From: a virus
Lineage: Duplodnaviria; Caudoviricetes
Direction: 5' to 3' (one strand)
Length of the DNA: 46,165 bases
IMG/VR virus record: IMGVR_UViG_3300020045_003071
Location: 1-46,165 of that record
The position numbers and the translations under genes were made by a program. Of the stretch, positions 1 to 8,487 are shown piece by piece. Below the pieces are notes generated by a model. It searched no databases and was not told where the DNA came from. It was given only the letters and a program-made list of their open reading frames with translations. Position 1 is the first letter of the stretch. Each line of letters opens with the position of its first letter.

Positions 1-428
1 TTAGCTTCTTCAAACTCTTCAACTGGTACCTTCAGAATTTCTTTTCCTTTAATAGTACATAAACGATTAGCTTCCATAACTAATGCGATACCAAGTGGAA
101 TCTGCATAGGAGCATAGAACTGTACTAGCTCACCTTGCTTGATATCCTTACTAGCATTAAATGAGATAGGCACAGCAGCTTCAGCTGTAGGAATAAATGT
201 TGTATCAGCTGTTGTCAGTGATGCTGCGAGGTTCTTCTCTCTAAACTGTTCACGAATAAGGTCTAGCATTTCTCCTGCTGAGAAGACTATAGACTTATCA
301 GTCTTTTGTGTGAACTTAATAAGTTCCATCTCACGAGCTTCTTCTGAGTACTTGACATCTATACGAAGTGTATCTGTTTCAAAGTACTCTCCTTTTTCTT
401 TTGGTAATTTCTTTAATAGTTTAGACAT
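1..428 (-). CDS. Hypothetical head-module protein, 3'-truncated by the window edge (MSKLLKKLPKEKGEYFETDTLRID...)
   Basis: Translated by hand: ATG at 428, 1 nt after the stop of 430..657, and open to position 1. The + strand ORF 139..441 is its shadow. Confidence 0.8.
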   Translation of the reverse strand, partial: MSKLLKKLPKEKGEYFETDTLRIDVKYSEEAREMELIKFTQKTDKSIVFSAGEMLDLIREQFREKNLAASLTTADTTFIPTAEAAVPISFNASKDIKQGELVQFYAPMQIPLGIALVMEANRLCTIKGKEILKVPVEEFEEA

Positions 429-429
429 G

Positions 430-657
430 TTACTTAGGTAGGTTATTATTATTAATTACAAATGCGGTTAGTTTCTTTTGTAGTTCATCTATTGCATCTA
501 CTTTAGATGCATAGACTACTGTCGAGAATTCATCAGACTTAACAAAACCACCATAAGGTGGTCTAAAACTATTAAGCACAGCTAAAATAGCTGGTAAGCG
601 TTCATAGGTAAATATTTCTTTTATAGCAACCTCATATTGTTCGAGGGGATTCTGCAT
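430..657 (-). CDS. Small hypothetical protein downstream of portal
   Basis: ORF track; co-oriented with portal and tightly packed. Confidence 0.75.
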   Translation of the reverse strand: MQNPLEQYEVAIKEIFTYERLPAILAVLNSFRPPYGGFVKSDEFSTVVYASKVDAIDELQKKLTAFVINNNNLPK

Positions 658-729
658 AATCGTATCGTGATTAGGGTCGGGTAAATTTTCTCAAACAGTA
701 TTCTTTGCCGCTGTTGCTCGGCACGTAAA

Positions 730-2856
730 CTATTGTGAAGCTCTGGTAAGTGACGCACTAACTGCAGCATTCATAGGTGATTGGTTTCTACCCATCTCCT
801 GTGGTGCTTGTGGTTGTCCAGGTTGTGTGCCGTCTGGCATAGCTGGTCCTCCCATTGGTCCTCCTTGCATTGGCATACCGTCTGGTCCCATGATGAATGG
901 CTTAACCATAGCTCCTTGCATTACAGAGTCATACTGTTGTTTAGGGATGTATTCAAAGATGTTAAGCTTCTGTACATTCATGAAAGCTTCAAGAGTCTTA
1001 AGTTGTACAACAGCTTGAATAGGATCTTGCTTTGCTAATCCGAATATCATAGAGATAGAGTTCTGGATTAATGGGAAGAGCTGCATAGCTGATTGCTTCT
1101 GAATTTCTGCAGACGGAAGTAACATTGAGTTTGGATCAATCTTAAGTAGTACTGGTGAATAACCCATCTTGTCTGGAGTCTCCATGCCATACAATGAACT
1201 AAGCATTGATGACTTGGAAATATTAGTCTGTGGTGAACCATACTCTTGCATTTGCTGGTCTTGGAAGTTTGATTCAGATAACCCTTCCTGTGAGTAATCA
1301 AATGATACTGGAACCTTCTGTGAAGAGAACACAGTAATACCTACAGTCTCTTTAACTGGAATACCGTATTCATCGAGATCATCTGTGTCTACTTCTTCTC
1401 TTTCTCCTTCTTCATGATGATATCCAGGGTTAGCTTCTACGAACATTTGTACTTCTTCTTCGTTAGCAAAGATAAACTCTCTAGGGTTAACTTGGTCTTG
1501 TTCAAGCCATGAGAAGTAAATACAAGCATCGTTCTCAAGCATTTGCTTAAGTGAGTTACGAGGGATAATAAGACGATTAAGAGCTGCTTCCTTAAGGATT
1601 ACAGTAGCCCCAAGAGTAGTCTCGCTAGAGCTTCCAGATACAATATTGTTAACGCCAGTATTTTCTTCAATGTCTTGTTTTTGAGCGTTGGCATAGTTAA
1701 TACCGAGTGTTACATTACCAGTAGTAAGAACCTTATCAATCTTAGCTCCAGCTGGAAGTGGATTGATTTTATTAGCACCTCTCTTGTATGTAAGGTCTCC
1801 TTGCCCTGTAATACCTGAAGCAAAAAGCAAAGGTTCAATTTCTGCTACTACTTGTTCAGCATTAATAGAGTTGATGTAGTTATAGATAGCAGCATTACCT
1901 CTAATCATTTCATAGAGTCCAACACCGTATGGATTCTTAGAGTTAGCAGTAAAACACTGTCCTACTACAACAGAACCGTAGACTTCATCATTAGGCATTT
2001 CACCATCAAAGAAACAGATAGCATCTGATGCGATGATATAACGATTGTCTGCAGGGTTCTCATAGAAAGTAAGAGTTACTTTAGTAGATGAGTTCTCAGA
2101 GTCTTCATTCTGTGATTCTAGTGATACACCAGCAGAACCTTTACCTCTCTTACCCATTCGTTTCTTTAGTTTCTCATATTCCTCTTTAGTAACATCAATC
2201 TCATAGAGTACTTCAGGACGATTAACATTATGAGTAGGTTTATAACTCAATCCTAACCAAGTACGTCTTGGATCTAGTGGTTCACGAAATACATCATCGT
2301 ACACAATCTTCTTAGTCTTCTTACCGTTGATAGTCTTGTCTACAATCTCTTGTTTAGGATAGATACGAGAAGCAGCCCATCCATAAGTAAAGATATTCTG
2401 AGCATTAGTCTGGAATGTCATCTGAGCATTCATTTCAGGTACTTCCATAGAACGCTTCCATAGTTCTTTATAAGCTCTAGCCTTGATCTTATTAGTAGAG
2501 TACGTATCACCGTTAGGGATATTAGCTGCAATAGCAGAAGCTGCTACGAGAATCTTAGAGAAAGCAATAGGTTCAGCAGAACGAGGTACATTAGATACAT
2601 CTTGTTCCATTCCATTGATTCTAGGTAACACAGCCCAGTCAGTAGAACCATCAGCACGTAGTGTAGGCCAGTAGACCATTGTACGTGTACTCTCATCCAC
2701 CTTTCTTTTAACGACACCAGTATTAATTAAGTTTGCATCTATTTCTAAACACAATGAATCAAATTCTCTTCGGTATTTATTCTGTTTTAGTTCTAATTTC
2801 TTACTAACTAGGAAGTCGATAGACTTATTCTTCGACTTAGGTGTTTTGTCTTGCAT
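730..2856 (-). CDS. Portal protein (podovirus/P22-like)
   Basis: About 708 aa directly after terL, with PYGVGLYEMIR and IEENTGVNN..SG...TLG motifs and an M/P/G/Q-rich C-tail. Start moved to the ATG at 2856 because a promoter overlaps the longer start. Confidence 0.85.
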   Translation of the reverse strand: MQDKTPKSKNKSIDFLVSKKLELKQNKYRREFDSLCLEIDANLINTGVVKRKVDESTRTMVYWPTLRADGSTDWAVLPRINGMEQDVSNVPRSAEPIAFSKILVAASAIAANIPNGDTYSTNKIKARAYKELWKRSMEVPEMNAQMTFQTNAQNIFTYGWAASRIYPKQEIVDKTINGKKTKKIVYDDVFREPLDPRRTWLGLSYKPTHNVNRPEVLYEIDVTKEEYEKLKKRMGKRGKGSAGVSLESQNEDSENSSTKVTLTFYENPADNRYIIASDAICFFDGEMPNDEVYGSVVVGQCFTANSKNPYGVGLYEMIRGNAAIYNYINSINAEQVVAEIEPLLFASGITGQGDLTYKRGANKINPLPAGAKIDKVLTTGNVTLGINYANAQKQDIEENTGVNNIVSGSSSETTLGATVILKEAALNRLIIPRNSLKQMLENDACIYFSWLEQDQVNPREFIFANEEEVQMFVEANPGYHHEEGEREEVDTDDLDEYGIPVKETVGITVFSSQKVPVSFDYSQEGLSESNFQDQQMQEYGSPQTNISKSSMLSSLYGMETPDKMGYSPVLLKIDPNSMLLPSAEIQKQSAMQLFPLIQNSISMIFGLAKQDPIQAVVQLKTLEAFMNVQKLNIFEYIPKQQYDSVMQGAMVKPFIMGPDGMPMQGGPMGGPAMPDGTQPGQPQAPQEMGRNQSPMNAAVSASLTRASQ

Positions 2857-2864
2857 ATAGCAAA

Positions 2865-2893
2865 ATAATAACACAAATTTGACAGTTAGTCAA
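2865..2893 (-). promoter_or_regulatory. sigma70-type promoter of portal (near-leaderless)
   Basis: TTGACT-N17-TATTAT, ATG 8 nt downstream. Confidence 0.65.
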
Positions 2894-2895
2894 TG

Positions 2896-4617
2896 TTATT
2901 GTGCAAATATTGCATTCATAATGCTAAATTGTTTCACTTCTTGTGGTTTATCTTCTCTTCCTTGCAAAACAGCGAGTGCTATACTCCAAGAAATAACAAT
3001 ATCGTCATGATTTCCGATACTAGCCTGTGGTTTTCCACGTTTATCACGTACAAATGTTAGTATTTCCTCTAGGAGAGGTCTGCAGTTAATCATTACAGTG
3101 GCATTAAAATGTTTCTTAGCTTCTCCAAGCATGAAATCACGTGTTTTCTTAGATGTTAGCCAACCATAAGAACGAGTTACTTCTTTAGTAACGTCATCTA
3201 CTACAGTACGCATATACATAGAAGGATAGTTACGATGTCTTAACTCTGTGTTAACCCAGTTACCGTCTTTATTGAACTCAATAGCAAGTATAGCTGTGTT
3301 ATAACGCATACCAAGTTTATGTACTAACTTAGCGTATTCGTCTGGTTCTAAGTGTCCTCTGAACAATGCTTTCACTTGTTTATCATAGCCAAGTACTATA
3401 GCTACAGAGTAATCTCCGCTCTCAAGTCCTTCAGCCACATCTCCTCCGACCACGTAGTTACGCCCTGGTCTTACTTCATCATAGATATACAAATCACCTC
3501 TATCGTCTTTGATAAACTCATCGTTAATGAAAGAGTATCTTTGGTAGTTGGTATCACACTGGTCGAGGAATGTAGCAGCCTTACGAGAGTTAAAGTAAGG
3601 TGAACCAGAAGACAGGAACGCTTCCATTGGATGAGTAGGATACTCTTGATGTAACTTATCTATATCCTTATTAGCGTTGATGTACTTCAAGTAGTAGAAG
3701 TTCATTTCTTCATCAGACAACTGGTTCTCTTCTTGATACTCTTTCCAGTTAATCTCACACTCTTCCATATCGTCTACAGTAATCAAACCGTCTACAGCAG
3801 CTGCTTGTATTTCAGCAGTGTCCCAACTCCAGTTGTAGAAAACAGATTTAAAGTGAGCCTTTGAGAGAGCAGGTGTAACAGTGTCTCGTATCTTCCAGCC
3901 GTCCATGAATAGCTCATAGAACAGTCCACTAGCTCCTTCAGCAGTAGATTCAATAATAGCCTGACCACCTACAGGAATAGCAGGTAGAGTTCCTGTTACT
4001 ATTTCTTCAGCTCTACCTTGATAAAGCTTGGCTAATTTACCCAGCTCACTTATGTGCACGCCAACTGAAAACGTCCCAGAGCGTGCACTATTACTCACAC
4101 CGATAGCAGAAACACTACCATCAGGATAAGAAAACTGTTGTCTGGAAGCCTTGGCTTGGGACATATCAAGAATGCTTCTAAGTGCTGGGGTAAAGTTTTT
4201 AATTGCATAGATTATTTTACGGTTAAATATCTCATTAGCATCCTTGAGAGTATGAGCAATCTGTAGAGCTTCTGAGTTAGGTCTAAATATTACTTGATCT
4301 AGGAAGTATAATGATATTAACGTAGTAAATCCAAGCTGTCTAGCTTTAAGTATAGCTATCTTCTTATACCCCTTAGAGAGATAGTTCTCAAAGAAGTGTT
4401 GTTGGGCCTTATTCAATTTGAAGAGGTCCTTTCTTCCATCCTTAGTCATAATAGAGTAAAGATGTTGTAACCTCCATAGAGTAGAATCCTTATGAATAAA
4501 CACATCAAAGTGTTTTTCAATAAGATAGTCTACCTGTAGGTCAATGGGTAGTTTACTGACTATTACAGGTTTACCGTTAAGTTCGGTAGATACATTAAGT
4601 AATTGCTCGATATTCAT
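2896..4617 (-). CDS. terL: Terminase large subunit
   Basis: Walker A-like LKARQLGFTT, Walker B HISE, coupling motif ESTAEG, RNase H-like nuclease GGDVAEG...GDYS...HDD. Confidence 0.95.
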   Translation of the reverse strand: MNIEQLLNVSTELNGKPVIVSKLPIDLQVDYLIEKHFDVFIHKDSTLWRLQHLYSIMTKDGRKDLFKLNKAQQHFFENYLSKGYKKIAILKARQLGFTTLISLYFLDQVIFRPNSEALQIAHTLKDANEIFNRKIIYAIKNFTPALRSILDMSQAKASRQQFSYPDGSVSAIGVSNSARSGTFSVGVHISELGKLAKLYQGRAEEIVTGTLPAIPVGGQAIIESTAEGASGLFYELFMDGWKIRDTVTPALSKAHFKSVFYNWSWDTAEIQAAAVDGLITVDDMEECEINWKEYQEENQLSDEEMNFYYLKYINANKDIDKLHQEYPTHPMEAFLSSGSPYFNSRKAATFLDQCDTNYQRYSFINDEFIKDDRGDLYIYDEVRPGRNYVVGGDVAEGLESGDYSVAIVLGYDKQVKALFRGHLEPDEYAKLVHKLGMRYNTAILAIEFNKDGNWVNTELRHRNYPSMYMRTVVDDVTKEVTRSYGWLTSKKTRDFMLGEAKKHFNATVMINCRPLLEEILTFVRDKRGKPQASIGNHDDIVISWSIALAVLQGREDKPQEVKQFSIMNAIFAQ

Positions 4618-4624
4618 TTATTTA

Positions 4625-4652
4625 ATAATAACACATTTATGGAATTTGTACA
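4625..4652 (-). promoter_or_regulatory. Putative leaderless promoter of terL
   Basis: TGTACA-N16-TATTAT, ATG 7 nt downstream; shares TGTGTTATTAT with the portal promoter. Confidence 0.5.
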
Positions 4653-4659
4653 GTCTATC

Positions 4660-4689
4660 TTTACAATGAGGTACATGTTATGATATAAT
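4660..4689 (+). promoter_or_regulatory. Promoter divergent from terL, driving a non-coding structured region
   Basis: TTTACA-N18-TATAAT with extended TGn. Confidence 0.6.
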
Positions 4690-4695
4690 ATTTTG

Positions 4696-5075
4696 ACTGA
4701 ATAAGGCTCGTAACCTAACAATGTGTACTAATTCTGGTTTTGAGTGGGGCGGTAGTAAAGACCCCACTATAATAAAGAGTATATAAGCACTGTAGGTACG
4801 AGCACCCTCACCTAGAGTAAGAGAAAACCTTATATGCAACTGTCCGCAGGGTACATTAGAAACTATTACTAAGTTATCTCTTCTACAATACTTAGTTCAA
4901 AATTATACTTCGGCTCCGCTAAAGGTAATCAATAGGAACAAACATATCGTCTACGAAAGTAGGGTTATGCCAGAATAAACTACACTACATATAGATATTA
5001 ATATTAAAGGTACTTAAGTACTAGCCTTTATCTTACCTTCTCACCAGTAAAGGGGTATTAAAATAAGGATAAAAC
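4696..5075 (+). ncRNA. Candidate large structured ncRNA (family not recognised)
   Basis: No ORF. Helices 4706-4725/4788-4803, AGTGGGG/CCCCACT, ACCCT/AGGGT, ACTAAGT/ACTTAGT, CTAC-GAAA-GTAG, and long-range ATTCTGG/CCAGAAT. The 3' end is uncertain. Confidence 0.6.
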
Positions 5076-5215
5076 GACAGTTTTTAAGGAGAATACAAAT
5101 GTTAACTAAGTAATAGAAGGTTAATAATAGATTAAAGAGATATAAAGACATTAAAACACTAAAATTCGAGTGAAAAACATACTTATTGTTTAATAACTCC
5201 TACTGCGTAAGCCTA

Positions 5216-5244
5216 TTGACTACTTTACATAATCATTGTATAAT
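5216..5244 (+). promoter_or_regulatory. sigma70 promoter
   Basis: TTGACT-N17-TATAAT. Confidence 0.75.
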
Positions 5245-5250
5245 ATTGCT

Positions 5251-5315
5251 ATCAAACCACTTCAGTTTTGGATGGAGGAATGGGGAGATATAAATTACAG
5301 CGAAAGCTGTTTTTT
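5251..5315 (+). ncRNA. Candidate ~65-nt small RNA
   Basis: Bounded by the 5216 promoter and the terminator ACAGC-GAAA-GCTGT-TTTTT; no complete ORF inside. Confidence 0.45.
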
Positions 5316-5339
5316 ATTTATGATGCAGGGGTGTACACA

Positions 5340-5368
5340 TTGACAAGTTTGTACAGTGTATATATACT
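5340..5368 (+). promoter_or_regulatory. Leaderless promoter of HNH gene
   Basis: TTGACA-N17-TATACT, ATG 6 nt downstream. Confidence 0.75.
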
Positions 5369-5374
5369 ATACTT

Positions 5375-5857
5375 ATGCAGACAAAAATTATACCTGAGTT
5401 TTACGGAGGTAACTACTCAGCAAGAGAAGATGGAGAAATTATTTATAATAAAACAGGGCAGATAAAACTACAAAGAAAACTTAATAAGGATTACATGGGT
5501 ATTAGTATTGATTACAAAGGAAAGAAATCAAAAGCATATGTACACAGGTTAATTGCTAAAACATTTATACCTTGTGAAAACTATTCACTACAAGTGAACC
5601 ACATAGACGGAGACAAAACTAATAATCATGTTTCTAACTTAGAATGGGTTACGCTTGAATCAAACCTAGAACATGCGTTTCAGAATAACCTAATTCATTT
5701 AGCAAAGCTTTCTCGGGAAGAGGTATTAGAACTACTGGCAGAAACAAATACTTTTACTGAGCAAATGAGTGAAAAATATAATGTCGGGACAGGAACAATT
5801 AGAAGTATCTTAGAAAAACCAGGTTTGACATATAGACATTTTAGTAGAAAAAATTAG
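5375..5857 (+). CDS. HNH homing endonuclease (NUMOD4-like / HNH / C-terminal HTH, I-HmuI-like)
   Basis: VHRLIAKTF...VNHIDGDKTNNHVSNLEWVT motif; AKLS..V...KYNV...TI HTH tail. Confidence 0.92.
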   Translation: MQTKIIPEFYGGNYSAREDGEIIYNKTGQIKLQRKLNKDYMGISIDYKGKKSKAYVHRLIAKTFIPCENYSLQVNHIDGDKTNNHVSNLEWVTLESNLEHAFQNNLIHLAKLSREEVLELLAETNTFTEQMSEKYNVGTGTIRSILEKPGLTYRHFSRKN

Positions 5858-5862
5858 TTACT

Positions 5863-5900
5863 GGAGTCCCTTTTTTGAGATAGAGAGGGACTCTTTTTTT
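5863..5900 (+). terminator. Intrinsic terminator
   Basis: GAGTCCCT...AGGGACTC followed by T7. Confidence 0.85.
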
Positions 5901-6060
5901 GTATAGTACCCCCAGGGTAAATAAAAAGGGTATAGTGCCCCTTCGAGTTTTGCTTGACAATTATAATAATACATTGTGTAATCATAACACTTGACATGTA
6001 CCCTAGTGTATTGTATATCCTCTGACAGTATCCCCTTACAATAATTGTTGTACGACGTTA

Positions 6061-6090
6061 AAAAAACAGCCTACTACAGCTGTTGTTTTT
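6061..6090. terminator. Possible bidirectional terminator after terS
   Basis: AACAGC/GCTGTT stem flanked by A and T runs. Confidence 0.5.
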
Positions 6091-6101
6091 ATTAGTTGAT
6101 A

Positions 6102-6512
6102 CTATTCCTCATTAGTCATTACTTCCTGCACCTGTGAAGCATTTTGTGCCCATGCTGTGCGTGTTACATTACCATTCTTATCAGTTGATTCTTTGAGTGT
6201 AATCTTAGGTGTAAGTACATCATGTATCTTTGTCTGCTTTTCTGCTATCTGAGTGACTAAGTAAGCCTTTTGTAAATCCACAGGCGTTGTATTAATGATT
6301 TCCCTGTATATTTCCATAATAGTTGACAGGTTATCAACATTATTGTGTAGTATAGTTTGTACTTTCTCCTGATAACGTTGTGTATTCTCTATTAAATGTG
6401 CATTACGTGCTACTGCTGGACTATATCCTGCTGTCGTAGCACTCTCTTGCTTGTTACTACCTGCTATACGTTCTTCTATATATTTTGTCACTTGTGGCAT
6501 TTTCTTATACAT
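6102..6512 (-). CDS. terS: Terminase small subunit
   Basis: N-terminal HTH with SATTAGYSPAVARNA (AxxAGYS motif), helical core, upstream of terL on the same strand. Confidence 0.75.
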   Translation of the reverse strand: MYKKMPQVTKYIEERIAGSNKQESATTAGYSPAVARNAHLIENTQRYQEKVQTILHNNVDNLSTIMEIYREIINTTPVDLQKAYLVTQIAEKQTKIHDVLTPKITLKESTDKNGNVTRTAWAQNASQVQEVMTNEE

Positions 6513-6580
6513 GTCATATATTGTACACTAAAACATATTATTTCACAATGTCAACATGCAAATGATTCGCATTTACTATA

Positions 6581-6610
6581 CAACAAAACACCACATCATA
6601 GATGTAGTGT
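6581..6610 (-). terminator. Intrinsic terminator of the early mini-operon
   Basis: Minus strand ACACTACATC-TAT-GATGTGGTGT-TTTTGTT. Confidence 0.75.
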
Positions 6611-6632
6611 CAAGTTATTATTGTATTGTTTA

Positions 6633-6725
6633 TTAAGCCCAACCATCAGCACTATGGCCTTGACAGTATCTAGTATTTCCACGTGTATTTTCTTTCTGTT
6701 GCTTGTTGCATTTAGTACATTTCAT
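6633..6725 (-). CDS. 30-aa zinc-finger micro-protein (MKCTKCNKQQKENTRGNTRYCQGHSADGWA)
   Basis: Hand translation; CxxC...CxxH; lies inside an operon just before the terminator. Confidence 0.55.
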   Translation of the reverse strand: MKCTKCNKQQKENTRGNTRYCQGHSADGWA

Positions 6726-6872
6726 AGTATTTGTATTATTTTAATTATAATCTCACATAACCTGCTTCACTTAATAATGTAACCATAAAGTATAACACTA
6801 GTAGTATCAAAAAATTTAACATAAATTTTTGATGATTATAACTTGTAAAGTTTTATGATAAAGTTAATCATG

Positions 6873-7343
6873 TTAGGCTTTAAAAGCTTGTATTAATGCA
6901 TATATTGTCTGTTCTACTTGGTGGTCATACCAATATGCACAAGCTCCGTCTATGTCTTCACTTGCCCCCTCGTGTATTGCTTGTGCGATGTCGTGTTGAT
7001 TGTTTATGTTTAGATAACTTAATCTATCAAATGTGTAGATACTTGCAAAGCCTTCAAATGGAAAGTTAATCTCAAAGTTATCATTCATTAAGTCGTCATA
7101 CTCTAGTGCTTCATTGTCAAAATATTGCAATGCACTTGCTAGTATTTCATAGTTTAAGTCAAATGTTCCCGAGTCGATATCTCTGCATACATCACTTAGT
7201 AACTCGTATACTTCACGTTCTAAGGTATCAGGTTTAGCGAATAGTACAGAGTCAGCAAAGAAATAACGCTTTGTCTCTTCGTGTTGGTTAATAATAGGAT
7301 TATTTTGTGTAAAGTTGTAAATGTCTTGTTTAGTGTATTTCAT
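6873..7343 (-). CDS. Acidic, Ocr(gp0.3)-like putative antirestriction DNA mimic
   Basis: Strongly D/E-rich helical protein; ASIYTFDRLSYL resembles the Ocr-like core; early position. Confidence 0.5.
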   Translation of the reverse strand: MKYTKQDIYNFTQNNPIINQHEETKRYFFADSVLFAKPDTLEREVYELLSDVCRDIDSGTFDLNYEILASALQYFDNEALEYDDLMNDNFEINFPFEGFASIYTFDRLSYLNINNQHDIAQAIHEGASEDIDGACAYWYDHQVEQTIYALIQAFKA

Positions 7344-7372
7344 GTTATTGTAATTTAGTTATTAATGTATCG

Positions 7373-7474
7373 TTACTTTGTAAGTAACATATCTATCTTA
7401 GAATCTTGTAATATTATTATTGTACTAAGTAGTACAGATAGTATAGCGAGTAATACTGTTGTTATGTTGTCCAT
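7373..7474 (-). CDS. 33-aa membrane micro-protein
   Basis: Hand translation MDNITTVLLAILSVLLSTIIILQDSKIDMLLTK; first ORF after a promoter. Confidence 0.5.
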   Translation of the reverse strand: MDNITTVLLAILSVLLSTIIILQDSKIDMLLTK

Positions 7475-7523
7475 ATTATTATTTTGTTAATTTTGTATCA
7501 GGCCTCTAAGCTCTGATAAACTT

Positions 7524-7570
7524 ATTCTATACCCTGTACAATATATTGCAAGTTTATTCCTGTGGATAAC
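7524..7570 (-). promoter_or_regulatory. DnaA-box-coupled promoter
   Basis: GTTATCCACA-N9-TTGCAA-N16-TAGAAT. Confidence 0.75.
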
Positions 7571-7580
7571 TTTAGGATAC

Positions 7581-7606
7581 AAAAAAGCCCTTATAGTAAG
7601 GACTTT
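7581..7606 (-). terminator. Putative intrinsic terminator
   Basis: CCTTA/TAAGG stem followed by a T run on the minus strand. Confidence 0.55.
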
Positions 7607-7651
7607 AATGCTCTTGACAAGTACAATATTCTATTGCTTTGTAACTTCTAG

Positions 7652-8083
7652 TTACTGCTTTTCAGTGAATACTCCAAGTAATAACATATTATTGTTTAAC
7701 ATAGCTTGCAAGGCCTGTGCTTTGTCTTTGCTGTTTCTCACTTCGTTTACTAGCTCTAAGCTCCCTGCTTCGAATGCTACTGGCAAGTTATAGCCTTGCT
7801 CTTGGCAATATTGCCATAATGTTGCACCGTTAGTCATACCACGAGACCACACATCTATTAAATCGTCAATAGTGAATAATTTTTCCTTATCATTAAACTC
7901 TTCTATGATATTATCATAATCAAGTTCTTTGTATGTTGGAATTACACTAATACGCGAATTCAGACCAGTACTCTGGGTAACTGAAATTGCCTTAATAGGG
8001 CAATTCAGAATTTGACTTTCTGGATTTTCTGGAATTTGGGTCTCTGGTTCTTCACCATTCATTGGAATAATTGGTTCCGACAT
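7652..8083 (-). CDS. Hypothetical protein
   Basis: ORF track; operon context. Confidence 0.75.
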   Translation of the reverse strand: MSEPIIPMNGEEPETQIPENPESQILNCPIKAISVTQSTGLNSRISVIPTYKELDYDNIIEEFNDKEKLFTIDDLIDVWSRGMTNGATLWQYCQEQGYNLPVAFEAGSLELVNEVRNSKDKAQALQAMLNNNMLLLGVFTEKQ

Positions 8084-8088
8084 AATGC

Positions 8089-8364
8089 CTATTTCTTACC
8101 CCTAGGTGTCGTCTTAACTGCGTTAGCTTTCTTAGTTTTTGGTGCCTTAGCTTTAGTATTCTCAACTACACTAGCTTTAAATCTAAAATCATCATCTATT
8201 GTATAGTGTACATGTACACCTAGTTTCTGTAGTAATGCTTCCATAGTCTCTTCTATCTCTTCTAGTCTGGAATCTAGTTGATCTATACTATCTGAGACAT
8301 TCTCAAACTTCTTCTCTACTCCATCATACATTACCCAGTTATAAAATTTTGTTAGTATTTTCAT
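8089..8364 (-). CDS. Hypothetical protein with short coiled coil and Lys-rich tail
   Basis: ORF track. Confidence 0.75.
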   Translation of the reverse strand: MKILTKFYNWVMYDGVEKKFENVSDSIDQLDSRLEEIEETMEALLQKLGVHVHYTIDDDFRFKASVVENTKAKAPKTKKANAVKTTPRGKK

Positions 8365-8487
8365 AGTTATTTCAATTAGTTGGTTGGTAGAAAGGACTCT
8401 TCATCCATTCTATTTGAGCACATTCGCCACAGTAATCCCAAGCCGTCTGCTTTATATAATCACAATTAGCAGTATCGTGTGATTCTA

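Noticed and set aside
4618-6101. Group I intron with HNH interrupting the terminase
   Set aside because: terL and terS each look complete, the HNH is on the opposite strand with its own promoter and terminator, and no P7 R/S consensus was found.
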